From Octopus bimaculoides (lineage: Eukaryota), in contig NC_068987.1 in NCBI RefSeq assembly GCF_001194135.2, positions 100,066,991-100,130,990 of the forward strand: 64,000 nt of DNA, read 5' to 3'. The notes under the pieces were generated by a model. The model did not search any database, was not told the origin of the DNA, and saw only the letters and a program-made list of their open reading frames with translations. Position 1 is the first letter of the stretch, and each line of letters opens with the position of its first letter. Of the stretch, positions 1 to 13,305 are shown piece by piece. Position numbers and translations under genes: made by a program.

Positions 1-29
1 ATATATATATATATATATATAGTAAATCT

Positions 30-275
30 ATCATTCTCCATGATAGATCGCTAGCCACTACACATTCTTTATTTTCTGTCCTTGGTTCATTATGTGTCCC
101 TTCCTATGAAAGAGCGTATGCTCAAAACGTTAGACTTTTTCACTTCCCGAGTGTTAAAGTAATACATCTATTTACTCTCTTCACCACCTGTCTTCGTTTT
201 ATTTTTTTTTGAATTCTCCTTATATGTACACACACACTGAGGTGTACACATCGTCACGCTGAATTATTTGAGGAT
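30..275 (+). mobile_element. Penelope-like terminal repeat fragment with a decayed minimal hammerhead motif (101-135)
   Basis: ttc-CTATGA-a-GAGC-gtat-GCTC-AAAACGT-t-agac: a perfect 4-bp stem II hairpin between degenerate CTGATGA and GAAACGT boxes. Confidence 0.45.
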
Positions 276-1426
276 TTGAGGTGAATGTATGATGTATGTA
301 TTTATTCAGGAAACAGTCATTGCATATTAAAAGTACTCATTCTCTTATTTTCTTTTACCTTTTCACACTGGTATAGCAGTCACTTTAGAATATTTCAGCT
401 ATTACTTATTACTGTAAATGCTACGTTATTGCTACCTATTTCTTTATTCCGTACATGTTCCTTGTTTAAGATACTAATGTGATATATTTCTATGTTTTTA
501 CTTCATACTCTTTTGTCTTTTTAGTTTCCTAATGCTCTTATAACTTCTAATTTATATGAAATTTATTAGCATTTATAATTAATGTGGCCGTGTGCAATGA
601 GATTTAGGTCATTTTCTACTTTTAATCACATGACCATTTCTCTAAAGTATCTGTGTAGCATCTGCAGTCGTCTTCCTAGTTGTTTACATCATACATGTTA
701 CGTCTGAAGTAATCCACCTAAGAATACTTTTTATTCCTCTTCCATAACCTTTCTGACGGAATTAGATGCCATGTAATACGTTGCTTCAAGTTTTTCTCTC
801 TAAAATATGTAAGACTTCGGAAAGCACATTGAAATGATCTTTGTAAATAAACATTTTGCTCCAACATTCTCTAATTGCAAAAATGTTTGCAATGTAATCA
901 TAATGGATTAAAGGCGACGCATTATTTCTACTACTTTGCTGAGTGTTAATATTACCTTGAGCATTAAAAACGTTTTTAGTCGTAAATGCAAACCATGTTC
1001 AGATATATATTTCTTCTCCTACAGAATTTGGTTATGACTTTATTTATAAGTAATTCTTCAATTTCTGCTTGTCTGAAACTCTGTAATATATGTTATAACC
1101 TTCTACAATCAAATTTGTTTACGTCCAGTCATATAAATGATAGTATTGTAGTTGAAATTGAAAGTAGACTTGGTATGGGTCTGTATTTTTGCAATTTTTT
1201 TTTCCTTCAGTTACGTTCTTATTGGTAGAAATACGGTTCACTGTTAAATATTATACATGCGGGTTTTGGAATCCAATCTAACTTAATGTTTTATGTTGTT
1301 TCTTTTTGTATCAACTTAAAATGTTTTGTGTTGTTATTGTCGCCCACGATAAAGTACTATGATATATATTGGCACAAACCTATCTGTGATGGTTTTCTTC
1401 ACTATCCACATATTATGCGGGCTGTT

Positions 1427-1495
<69 letters not shown>

Positions 1496-2709
1496 GATGC
1501 TACATTGATTCTATTTTCTTTTACATAGTTCATGATTACATTGTTGTGAACTACTTGTTTTCTTCAAAGTCTGTGTGGCTTTCAATACGATTATTTGCTG
1601 TCTGAAAAGAACTTTACCTATGGCGTTTTATAGGTCTCCTTTTTTTCTTTTATTCTTTAATTTATATATCGTTATTTCAGCAAGATTCTTCACTATTACT
1701 TTTGTACTGTTGAATTACTAAACAGCAACGCATATTCTCTGCTTTTTGTCTTCTCACTATATTTGCCTGTATTAGTACATCTGAAGAACTATCCACTCTA
1801 TTTTCTAAATAAAGTGGCTCGTTTTGCCTACATTATTTCTTTTAACCAGGTGGTCCGATTTCATTAAGTTTGTGCTTGCAAGATGTACGTCTTTTATGGT
1901 TACTGTTTTTATTGGTACTCAGGAAGCTGAATTGTTTTTAGTTATTCAGTCGCTACCGTTTTTATATTGCCATGTTTATGCTTTTCCTATTGAGAATACT
2001 TCATTTTTGTTTATAGATATGATTTTATAGGCGTTTATTCATTTGCTTTGATTGCTTTGCACATGTTATCTACATCTTCGTGATTTACTTCTTAAACTGT
2101 TTTTTCATTGATATGTTTTGTATGATTTTCTTATGCTTTCATTATATATCTTATCTTTTAAATCATATATTTCCAAATCTGATACAGTTTATGCTTTCGA
2201 AATATAGCTTCCTAAGATATTTTGTTTCTTGCCGTGCTAATTAACGCTTTACCTCTCTATTTTATACGTGTATTGTAGTCTATTTTGCATGTATGTATGC
2301 AACTGCGTATGTATGTATTTGTGTGACTGCAAAGTTTATATATGTAATGTTATCCCAGTCTAACCATGTATATATATGATGCCATTTTTCGCATTACTTT
2401 AGAAATAATACGCAGGCCTTATATTTTGTTTTTTTTTAAATTTCAGTTAACATCATTTTCACCGGGAACTGTTTCATCTTTATGCATTAGCTCAATGTAC
2501 GTATTACATGTTTAATAGTGCATAACATAGTATCGTTTTTAAATGTATCCTTTTTGATTTATAGTGACAGAGAAGAGTATATATCCAGTGACGGCATATA
2601 CAGTGTGTCTTTAATTCTTTCGTTCAGATATCCTAAAGTGTGTAATACTCCATTTCCGATATATTGAAAGACATACGTCAGGTCATGGATAATTATCATC
2701 TTTTATATA

Positions 2710-2747
<38 letters not shown>

Positions 2748-2827
2748 GTGTTGTTCTGTGAAGTTAATATCAACAGAAAATCTACTCCCTCTAGTGAGAG
2801 ATATGTTATTTGAATTATACCTACACA

Positions 2828-2861
<34 letters not shown>

Positions 2862-3004
2862 TAAATCAGTAATCATAAAACGTCAGGATTGGTACCAATT
2901 GCAAGTATATTTGAGAATTGACCTTTCATTACTTTTGACATTCCTGTGTGTGATTAGAATATTTAGTTATTTAGATAACACTATTTGCACTGTTACACAG
3001 TTCC

Positions 3005-3670
3005 GATCTTGTTCAAAACGGGGGCACCAGTTTTCATTTATGTTTTATGTAGTGTTTTTGGTACCGAAAGACTTTCAAACTTCGTATACTTATCTATTTT
3101 GTGTTATAGAAAAAAAAAATTTGTATTCGGATTTATTTCATGTAAAAGATTGTCTTATTTCGATAATTTCAACCAATCACTGACAAGTATTCAGCTGTTT
3201 ACAGTTACTCCTTTGGCACTTGAAGCGGTGTAAACCGTATTTAATCTCCATTACTTCTGACATTTTGTAGAGAGGCAACACACGACGTGTGTTCGTTTTC
3301 CCTAACCCTAACCATAATTGACTTGCTCCTTCCCTCAAAAACCGTGCCTTGTGCCTATAATAGAAAGGTTTATTAGCTACTGCCAATATGCTTCAGCCAT
3401 TTTTTGACAAGGAAATAATAATTTTATCACCGCCGATAATCGTTTGTTTACGTAGTCAGCACTTAATTCTTACGGCTGAATGGACGTCAGTCATTGGTTG
3501 AAATTACAGAAATACGACAACTTTAACATGAAATAACTTGGGATGTACGTTTCTTTTTTTGTTGAGAAAACTAAGAGAAAAAGATGTTTTATATGACACA
3601 TTCTACCATTGTCCCAAGTTTCAAAGTGTTTCATTAAGAAAATACTGGTGCCCCCGTTTTGAACAAGATC
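3005..3670. mobile_element. Inverted-repeat element (MITE or DNA-transposon derivative) with arms of about 180 bp
   Basis: GATCTTGTTCAAAACGGGGGCACCAG (3005-3030) is an exact reverse complement of 3645-3670. A second, inner block (3133-3184) matches 3486-3536 in reverse. Confidence 0.6.
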
Positions 3671-3799
3671 CCACGGTTCTTTACGATCTAACATGTACTC
3701 ATTTTACTTAAACGATTCTAGGGCATATGAAGTAAAGTACCAGTTAAGCACTGTTGTAGATGAACTCAGGCCTTGTACCTCTGTTGAAGTTATTTCATA

Positions 3800-4006
3800 T
3801 CGTGAATATTTTAGAACCAAAAGACGCCGAGTACATTGCTTAGCAGCATTTCCTTCGTCTTTCCGTTCTGGTATCAAATGCCACCGGGTTCATTATTTCG
3901 AGATCGATAAATTAAGTACCTCTTGAGCATTGGGGTCGATGATTTTAATCGATTTACCCAATACATCGAAATTCCTGTCTTTGTGCTAACATTTGAAACC
4001 AATATT
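3800..4006 (+). mobile_element. tRNA-derived SINE, family 'C' (Ceph-SINE-like), degenerate
   Basis: gcttagcagcatttc..gttctg..tcaaatgccacc..gatcgataaattaagtacc..tggggtcgat..atcgatt..cttgtgc..atttgaaaccaatatt. It shares this layout with copies at 18095, 20025, 41389 and 55640. Confidence 0.7.
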
Positions 4007-7000
4007 TCAGAGCTAAAAGATAAACAACCTGTTTCTCAGATCTTCAAAAATACACTTCGGCATTGCGATTTACAAAAACAGCCACAATCGAACTCGCCAA
4101 GAAACCATCAAAGAAAATTGTGTCGTCGGTTTGAAATTCAATTTTCATCAACACAATTATTTTGAAAAATAAATCAACCATACAAAACCTGTTAACAGTT
4201 TAACTTGCGAAGAGCGACCTCGCTTGCCGCCCATGTGCTAATCCCACATCTAACGACATCCCTTTCAACCATAGTAATGCAGTTCTCGAAGGACAAACAT
4301 TATCACGCTAAACTGCATAAAAAAAGAGTATATGGTAGAACTACTAAGCATTTTAAGAGATAATATCTATTCGTTCAATTAATATAGAATGGATATCTAT
4401 AAAATAAACCAGTATTTCAGCTAGAATAATTACCCACCATCCAGTAATCCTCAATTACTTTTGCTGTTACGATCTTCGACTGCACGCGTAAGTTTCCAGC
4501 CGTTACTACTCAATCTTTAAAATCGTACACACACGTGATCTACTTACTTATACATAAACCTTCATTGAATGTAAATAAATTCTGCGTCATTGATATAAGA
4601 AGCTATCAGTCGAACACCTTTGAAACACCATGCTGTCTTGAACAATATCCATCTACAAAAAAATATTTGTTGAATTTCAACGAAATTATAACTCTAAAGA
4701 TAATTTAACGGTCACAACACAGGAAAAAAAATTGAAATTAGACATACTTATATAGAAAATCACGACAGTGTTTAAAAGATGATAGCGTTGTAAAAACATT
4801 TTCTCCATAACTTTTTTAATCAATTTTTTTAATAAATTACCTTGAACCACCACTCTCACTAAAGCGCCACAAAGACGCGTTTGGAAAGGATATCCTCTTC
4901 ACCACACCTGTTCTTGCTGTGCTAGTTACTGGCGGCTTTGCAATCTGCATAGTTTCTTGTTATTTTTGTTTTTCGGAATACAAAACCTTTGCATTATGGC
5001 TAAAACACTTACTTTGAATTTGGTGTTTTTGAACAGATATGGAGTCAAGTTTATCTCTTTATTTGCCCTTAAATATATGCACAATTGAGATGACTTCGAT
5101 CGCAATGTATTACGTATATTTTATGTACGTTTTTTATTTCTGTTACGGATACGTAGGGGACATTTTCTTCCGAGGAGGAGAGGCCTCTTAAAGTCAGAAA
5201 TCTCTCTCTCTCTCTCTGCTTCTCTCACTCTCTCTGCTTCTCTCACTCTCTGCCTCTGTGTCTTTCTCTCTCTCTCTCGCTCACCACCTATCTATCTATC
5301 TTCCTCTCTTCCCCACTGTTCCATTTCCTACTGAAACTGACAAGACCTCACGTGAAAACAAGTTGTAAACGAGATCTGTCTATGTACCTGTATACTAGAG
5401 GTCAATACTTCCAGCGAAAATCAAGGTATCCTAGGAAGAAGATGAACTACTACGTATACAAACCAAATCTAGCAAAATATTCCACAGAACTGCAGACTGC
5501 AATCAGTTTTAAATGACGCTAAAGAATAAAAGAAATTTAGTACCATTTGCTATTCACAGCCTTGAAAATATATTCGCAAAAAATTGGAATTCGTGAATGT
5601 GAACAAAGCACATGAATTATAAAACACTACGTAATTGATAGAGTAACTACTACGGTGTACAGTTGTGGCGAAAAGTATGAAACATGTTTTAAAAATTAAA
5701 ATTATTATACCCAAATAAAATTCGAATCAAATATATACAATATATTTGGGCATTTAGTTTTAAAATTATAATTTTCAGACCTATGTTCTAAATTTTTCGC
5801 CACCACCGTATGAAGTTACCCGCAGGTATGGACAAGACAACTATACGGTATGAGGTCTTCCTAGAGTGTTGTTTGTGAGTCGGCCTTCACAGCAAACCTG
5901 TTTGTATGTTACTCCACTATCCCATCAGGTATGTAGACAAGTATTTACAGAACTAATTAGCATTCTGCGTATTATTGCTAGATATAGTCAAACTTACATC
6001 GGTAGCAGCATTCACATAATGATCTTTGAACAAAGGGCTCATTATACAAATGCTCCAAACCTTAAGAAAGGGGATATGGCTGAATATGGATATCATACTT
6101 ACTAAAATCAGAAACTCAAAGAGTAAAGTAGTATCCTGATAGCAACAGTTATAATTGAGCTTTACTGGTTTCAGACACTAATTTTAGGATCTAGGAGCTC
6201 TGGATTGTGCAGACAACTACACTCCACATTATATAACATTTACTTCGTAACGTTAGCGTTCAAAAATAAATGCTTAGTTATTTGAATCTGTGCAGACAAA
6301 AATGTCCCCCGTTACTTTTACTATATTTTGCAATAGGAGCGGGCGTTTATATAACTCAGCGTCTTCCACAATACATGGAGTTAAATATATACATATATTC
6401 TTCTTTAGGTTTTCTATTGTGACTGTATTTGTGAAAACATTTATTTTGCTTTTTTTTTATTATTAGTTCAATGGTATTCACTCAGTACATGCTGGAGGAC
6501 GTATATTGAAGACCTCTACTGAACAAGAGTGGCTTTGCGTCTGTATATGTATGGGCAGATGAGAGCAAGCTTTTTTGAGAAATTCTTGAATTTGCACAAG
6601 CATGTAATTCCCCTTTCGCCACGTCACCGATGTTTATCCCGAAGAGGTGTTGTTGAATAGGGCCTATACAGTCTACGCACTAGGCTCATCAGAAATGGTT
6701 ATGCAGGAACACAAAATACCGGGTTAAATATCTGAAAGACATAACTCCGCCTATGATTGGTGCATATTTTATGAATCTCGATGGGCTGGAATCCAAATTT
6801 TACTTCTGATATTTTGCTATGTGTTATTGTTAGTAGCTGTAATATCTTCTTTGTTTTTGTTTTTGACAACTCTCTAGTTGTTTTTCAACTGATAACGAAT
6901 TTGCATAGGGTTGCTCGTAGTCGGGATATGTAGTTTCCAATGAAAGTTTAAACTCAAAGCTCAAATTGTCTGAAGAGCCAGTGTGAAGCATTCTGATCTT

Positions 7001-7685
7001 TCTTCAAAAGATTCTCTCAAAATGTCAAATTGTGTTTTGTTGCCTTATATTTATCATCTATGGGTTTACAAATACATGAAAAGTGTATTGCTATAAGAAA
7101 AATATACACCATATAAAATATACATGAACATTCTCAATTTAATCAAAGATATTAATCTTCAAGGAAGCCGCTGCATATTCACAAACATATTGATGTAAAA
7201 CACAAATAACTACCATTACAACAAATAGTCAAGTTTAAGATATAATTTCAGAGAAAATTCTAATATTATTAGATTGCTAATTTTTACATGTCTAACATCT
7301 ATATATATAGAAGTTCGGTTAATAGTTTTTTAAAGAAATTGGTTGCATAAAAATATTAGATTCACACCTATAAGGCATTCTCAGAATTTGCGGCTCTTTG
7401 TTTCCTCGAGCAAGCCCCTATAATTCATGTTTATTTTTCCTGTCTGCAAAGCTGATAATAATTAATATGAAGACTTAGAGTAAAGTCAGATATTGTTAAG
7501 TTACCGAATCAATAGTACGACCAAAATGTTTTAGTCATGGAAACGAATAATTCCAGTAGAGGACATTTATATTATATTTTGATACCGTGTTTTAAACTGA
7601 CTTGTAGCTTTTAGGGTATGATAATACAGTTAGTGAGTTTAATTTAATGGGAGCCTCCTCTCCTACAACATTGTCGCATTGAGCA

Positions 7686-8080
7686 GGCGTGGTGGTGGGT
7701 TATTAAGTTTGGTCCTCGACCACATGATTCCAAGTTCAGTCCTACTACGTGATACATGAGGCAAATATCTTCTACAATAACCCCAGGCAAACAAAATCCT
7801 TGTGTGACCTGATTTCATAGACATAGTCTTAAAGAATCTTGTCGTAGGTGTGTGTGTGTTTGCGCGCGCTTGTGTGTGTGCGTTTGTGTGTGTAGGGACT
7901 ATTTGACAACTGGTGCTGGATTGTTCACGTACCTAAAAATTACTGTTTCGGCAAACGATATCGATAGAATAAGTAGCAGGTTTCAGAAAAGCAGAACAGA
8001 GAATTAGCGTCAATTTGTTTGATTAAAACATTGAATGTACTGCAGTAAGGTCGAGGTCCAATGAATAAAACCAGTAAAAG
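7686..8080 (+). mobile_element. tRNA-derived SINE, family 'A' (CORE-SINE-like with internal microsatellite), old full-length copy
   Basis: Colinear with the copy at 46301-46717 (reverse): head with B-box-like agttcagtcc, then ggcaaatatcttctacaataacc, a (GT)n tract, ttgacaactggtgctgg, gatagaataagta, and the tail aaaccagtaaaaga. Confidence 0.7.
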
Positions 8081-9007
8081 ATTTTTAAAAAATAGTTAGT
8101 ATTCCATAAAATAAATAACATAAACAAGAACTGCTTATCATGTTTATATATTTTATTTAGGACAATATACAGTCATTTTATTTAACATATATGGCGTTCG
8201 TTACACCAGGGAGTGTCAAGAATCAATCTTCCAGCACAGCAATGAACAGAATGACTGTTTGATATACAAACTGAGAATTAAGAAACAGATAAAGAGACAG
8301 TGAGTGAGTCAGAGTGAGAGAAGAAAAGAGAAAAATAAAGAGCGAGAGAAATAGAAAGGAGAAAATGAAGTAAAAATATAGGGAGGTCATCATTTAACCG
8401 CCTGTCAGGTATCGTTAAGGGAATCCATTAGTATTTTTCGATTTGACTTCAGTAATAATCTGAACATATATGCATGTACATCCACATATATATATATATA
8501 TATGNNNNNNNNNNNNNNNNNNNNNNNNNNNNNNNNNNNNNNNNNNNNNNNNNNNNNNNNNNNNNNNNNNNNNNNNNNNNNNNNNNNNNNNNNNNNNNNN
8601 NNNNNNNNNNNNNNNNNNNNNNNNNNNNNNNNNNNNNNNNNNNNNNNNNNNNNNNNNNNNNNNNNNNNNNNNNNNNNNNNNNNNNNNNNNNNNNNNNNNN
8701 NNNNNNNNNNNNNNNNNNNNNNNNNNNNNNNNNNNNNNNNNNNNNNNNNNNNNNNNNNNNNNNNNNNNNNNNNNNNNNNNNNNNNNNNNNNNNNNNNNNN
8801 NNNNNNNNNNNNNNNNNNNNNNNNNNNNNNNNNNNNNNNNNNNNNNNNNNNNNNNNNNNNNNNNNNNNNNNNNNNNNNNNNNNNNNNNNNNNNNNNNNNN
8901 NNNNNNNNNNNNNNNNNATATATATATATATATACATACGCACACACAGATGTGAGTGTGCATACGTATACATATTCTACATTTGTCAGTGTATGAATAT
9001 ACGCTCA

Positions 9008-9185
9008 TGGCCTAGTGCATTCACAATCGCTACAGCGTGGGTTACACTCTCAGGTCGGGCGGTGCTTTTTTTTATTTACCAAAACACTTCATTTCACGTT
9101 GTTTTGTGGCTGGGAAAATGCTTTAACGTATGTATTCCGTCTCTTCAATTTCCGAGTTCGAATCCCACCTGCCTGAAGAAGTCAA
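9008..9185 (+). mobile_element. Adjacent 5' fragments of two tRNA-derived SINEs (family B head, then family C head)
   Basis: tggcctagtg..cacaatcg..gtgggtt..cgggcggtgc..aaaacacttcatttcacgttg resembles the head at 51234. It is followed by aaatgctttaacgt..ccgagttcgaatcccacc, which is B-box-like and resembles the 3800/41389 family. Confidence 0.5.
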
Positions 9186-9358
9186 GGAAACAACTACAGT
9201 ATTATATCCCAAGACTAGGCAAGGTAGCCGAAATTCTAGTAATTTGTTTAATGGAGGCAGTGGATGGTATGGCCACCTCCAAGATCGTATAGGGAGTGCT
9301 GAAATAGGTTCACATGCACAGGATCTACGATAGATCAGACCACCGCTAGAAAAGACTA

Positions 9359-9605
9359 GTATGTATGTATATGTGTCCGTGTGTTTGTATATGTGTGGTT
9401 GTGTATGTATATGTGTGGGTGTGTATGTATATGTGTCCGTGTGTATGTATATCTGTGGTTGTGTATGTATATGTGTCCGTGTGTATGTATATGTGTGGGT
9501 GTGTATGTATATGTGTGAGTGTGTATGTATATGTGTGGGTGTGTATGTATATGTGTGGGTGTGTATGTATATGTGTGGGTGTGTATGTATATATGTTTGT
9601 GTGTA
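9359..9605. repeat. 20-bp minisatellite (GTGTATGTATATGTGTGGGT)n, about 12 units
   Basis: The 20-nt period is directly visible, with variant ends (ccgt, gggt, gagt, ggtt). Confidence 0.9.
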
Positions 9606-10657
9606 TGCGGGTACGTGTGTCTATACAAACTCACATATAGGTATTTGGATATAGGTATTTCATAAATGTTTAGTTTTGGTTTACTCTCTGACTTTCTTTG
9701 CACTATATTTGGAAGAAAGGTTGTCCAAATACATCATCAACATTTTTCTAAATTTTCAGTCTCCAACAACAGACAATGAAATCTACGTTTACAGATTTTC
9801 AGAGTGAGTAATAGCGTAATTCATTAACAAAGGCATTGAATTGTACAGTCATTAAACAACACATAAAATATAGTAATCAAATTGCGTACTGTGTGTATAC
9901 TTGATTTCCACACTGACATTGCGAAAGGCGTAAAATAGAAAACAAAAGGAAACGCAGAAAACGTTAAACTACATGATATGTTACTCACTCACTAACGTTA
10001 AGAGAATAACATTCTTGCTAACATCAGCTCGCAAACATGGAAGTTTCAATTATCATCACACTAAATGTTATGCACAAAGGTGTGAAATATATAAACATAT
10101 ATTCCATTGACGACATATGTATATCTAACGGTTAAATTTTAAATTATGTTCGTAATTTCTATTTATATAAAACACACTGCATTTCATAAAGAGGCAAATA
10201 GACAAAAATTCACTGCCGTGAGAAAATATAGCTGAATCAATTTAGAAATATTGATGATGAGTTTAGACAATCTACTAATCCAAAACAAACTGAAAAGCAA
10301 GGAAATGTGGAAATAAGTTTCATAATATATATATACCTATATGTGTAATGTATCTATGTTTACGTGTAAACATCACATATGTATGCAACTCTGTTTACGA
10401 ATGCATGTATTCATCTGTGGAAAACAAATAGAATATTGGTAAGGAAGGTGGGTGGTAAAAATATAGTTATGCTATAATGTTTACTAGTTTGTAATACTAA
10501 TCTGATTAATATTCATCACGAAGCTATATGTCAAGTGTTTATTGTTATTTCCTAATATTATTCGAAGTAAATGATACAGTTTATCTGTAATAAATATGAT
10601 TGCTAACTTACATGTACATACAAAATTGCATACATACATACATATATACACACACGT

Positions 10658-10664
10658 AGATAGT

Positions 10665-10700
<36 letters not shown>

Positions 10701-11028
10701 CAGGCAGACAGACAGACAGACAGACAGACAGACACGGTGTGCATTGTTTTGTGAATGCGTGTGTTTAATATTTTAATATTGTTAGACGTTTTATAAGTCG
10801 GCTGTAATTATCAAATAATATATGCATAGATATTGCATAAATTATGTATGTAACCTGTTTCCTCATAATTTACATTCAGTTGCAGTACAAGATCGAAATT
10901 CTTATCCCTGTAATAATTTATTTACATATACTTATGTGTCTGCGTCTAATTATTTGCTAATGTGTCTGCCAGTATGCGGTTATGAATAAAATGCACACAC
11001 ACACACACACACACACAGACACAAACAC

Positions 11029-11066
<38 letters not shown>
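10658..11066. repeat. (GATA)n(GACA)n and (CA)n microsatellites downstream of the HS3ST stop codon
   Basis: Visible directly at about 10658-10733 and 10994-11066. Confidence 0.9.
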
Positions 11067-11068
<2 letters not shown>

Positions 11069-11257
11069 ATTTGTGTGCATGCTTGCAAATATATATAGAT
11101 ATACTCGCATATATAATCTTCGTGTATTTGCATATGTTCTTCCTTTTCTTGATTATTTATGAATTTATGTATATCGTGTTTCTGCGAAACCTATATCGGT
11201 ATTGAATACGCCAGGAATAAACAAGTAGTTTGGTTACCAAACACGCCTTGTTTTGGT

Positions 11258-11263
11258 TTTATT
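11258..11263 (-). promoter_or_regulatory. Candidate polyadenylation signal for HS3ST
   Basis: AATAAA on the minus strand about 170 nt past the stop codon. The hexamer is common in AT-rich DNA and there is no transcript evidence. Confidence 0.2.
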
Positions 11264-11432
11264 TACTCCCGATGATTAAACAACAGTTTTTTCATAGAAA
11301 AAAAATTACAAACATATTCGAATCTAAAATGGCAATAAACATGAAGTATTGTTTTCCTTTCTCTCCTTTATGACATGGTAAATACACAAACACAGACAAT
11401 ATCATAGTACAGAAATATCGCTTTACATAAAA

Positions 11433-12054
11433 TCATGGCCAATGAAAATTCCTATTAACCATTTGGTAGAATTTTGTATTAAACGGCCTATAAAAATCTC
11501 TCAGTCGCTTTAATATTGTCGGATCTACAGTTGGATGAGGCCTTCCTTTCGTTTTACCCAAACAATGTGGGTGACCGCTTCCCTCAGCCTTTTTCACACA
11601 AGGGAAACCTTTTGTCTCGTTAAAGTAAAAATGTTTCTCAGAAATGATCCTTTTTAATCCAAGAAAATCTTGCACTAAGCTAAGTTCTTGCGCAGGATCA
11701 GATATCAATTGTTCACCACTTACAAAATGCATCTGAGATAGAGGAAAGTAATGAAGCCATCGCTCCAAGAATTTTGCGTAGACCCCGATCCGAATTATAT
11801 TTCGACTTGTGTCGACAATTCTAGTTGAGGTATTAAGGAATGCTAGTTCTTCGAAGCGTTTCATCTGATTCATACGTTTTGAAGCAAGTTGCGTGTAATC
11901 AGAAATGGCTCTTGTGACTGGATCGCGAACGATTACAAGAATTTTCATCTCTTTGGACATGTTGAAGATCCTTTTTGGAACCTCTTTTGTTATAAAATAA
12001 CTCGGTGTCTTTTCAATTGTCATCTGCCCATCTATAGTTGCCGGCATTTTCTTC
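11433..12054 (-). CDS. Hs3st-B: Terminal coding exon of heparan sulfate glucosamine 3-O-sulfotransferase (HS3ST2/3/4/6 'gD-type', Drosophila Hs3st-B-like); C-terminal about 206 aa of the sulfotransferase domain
   Basis: The translation (R)[20 protein letters not shown]...[14 protein letters not shown]...[32 protein letters not shown]...[23 protein letters not shown] carries the EKTPSY, [13 protein letters not shown] (3'-PAPS-binding) and C-x-CLGKTKGR motifs. The frame is open from 12053 to the stop at 11433. The exon starts with one base completing an Arg codon, the same WYR| intron position I recall from vertebrate HS3ST3. Confidence 0.96.
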
Positions 12055-12082
12055 CTGAAACAAAAGAAAGAAAAGAAACATA
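12055..12082 (-). promoter_or_regulatory. 3' splice acceptor and polypyrimidine tract of the HS3ST last exon
   Basis: The minus strand reads ...tatgtttcttttctttcttttgtttcAG|GAAGAAAATGCCG, with AG at 12056-12055. The phase-2 entry gives the expected frame. Confidence 0.88.
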
Positions 12083-12276
12083 ATTAATCATTCATTATGA
12101 CTGAATGTATTAATAATTTATATAAGAAAATAGTATCAATTTCCTCGATTGCTAATAATTATGATTGATCATATACAAGATCTATCCTATACTTTTTCAC
12201 ATCTACTTGAAAGTTACTTTGAAGTTATTTTTAAGTTTTTCTTAACCTTTGTACACTCATGAAAGAAAAACAATCT

Positions 12277-12478
12277 TCAATGAAGATCTAAAACTGTTGT
12301 ATATTTATGGGATGTGGAATTATGTACATTATTTACATTTGACGGATATTTGTCCTGATCTTGTTTGTTGTTAACACAACGTTTCGGCTGATATACCCTC
12401 CAGCCTTTATCAGTGTCTTGGGAAAATTTCGAACCTGGGTTCTCATTCCTAAGGTATTTTTTCGATGTCGTTGTTATT
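12277..12478 (-). mobile_element. Penelope-like terminal repeat with a minimal hammerhead motif (12373-12417, core mutated)
   Basis: The minus strand reads GACA-CTGATAA-aGGCTGgagggtatatCAGCC-GAAACGT-T-GTGTT. Stem II is an intact 5 bp, and the core is CUGAUAA instead of CUGAUGA. It is an inverted copy of 12603-12753. Confidence 0.75.
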
Positions 12479-12491
12479 ATTATTGTTATTA

Positions 12492-12602
<111 letters not shown>

Positions 12603-12753
12603 TAACAATAACATCGAAAATACATTGGGAGTGAAAACCCAGGTTCGATATTTCTCCAAGACACCTGATGAAGCCTGGCGAGTATATCAGCAGAAACGTT
12701 GTGTTAACAACAAACAAGATAAGGACAAATATCCGTTAAATGTAAATAATGTA
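12603..12753 (+). mobile_element. Penelope-like terminal repeat with a minimal hammerhead motif (12660-12705, core intact, stem II damaged)
   Basis: GACAC-CTGATGA(12665-71)-agcctggcgagtatatcagca-GAA-ACGT-T-GTGTT. Stem I is ACAC/GTGT, stem III is the palindrome ACGT, and the cleavage triplet is GUU. Confidence 0.75.
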
Positions 12754-13305
12754 AATCATGTAAGCTAAAACTGTTCCGCATCAATAATATCTTCAGGAGC
12801 TGGCCAAAAGATGCTTGATTCCAAACATACATTTCCCATTAATGTTGTCACACGTTTTTCATAAGACCGTTCCCCATTTGACTTAGCTCACTCCAGTGCC
12901 TATACTACATAACTGTGGTGTATTTCTAATACTGCAAGATAGATGCTAACTCTTTTACATACTCGTAAAATCTTATAGAGATGTGCAATACATTAATAGA
13001 ATATACGCAACCTCCGTTAATCCGCTATTTTAGCTAAAGTATAAATGAAATTATTCTGAAATGGTACATTAGAAAGAAACAAACAATATTACTATACATA
13101 TTAGATTCTATCCCGAATATTCAGGCAAATGAGAGGTAGAAACATTCGAAAGTCTATTGAATAAGAGAAGTTTCAAATATATTTATCGCTATCAGTCCTC
13201 AAATCTTACTGTACAAGACAAAATTCGCCGTCAGAGATCCTTTCACAAAATTTTATAGTGTTTAGAGCAGACAAATATTGCTAGAAGAAAATAATCCCCT
13301 GACCT

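Noticed and set aside
3301-3314. CCCTAACCCTAACC, telomere-like
   Set aside because: Only about two units, inside a repeat element; not an interstitial telomere array.
6605-6695. Minus-strand CTGATGA-GCC...GGC-GAAA resembling a hammerhead
   Set aside because: No stem III or UH cleavage site follows GAAA, and there is no stem I partner, so the fold is incomplete.
11889-12083. 64-aa plus-strand ORF
   Set aside because: It is the antisense shadow of the HS3ST exon and shows no recognisable motif.
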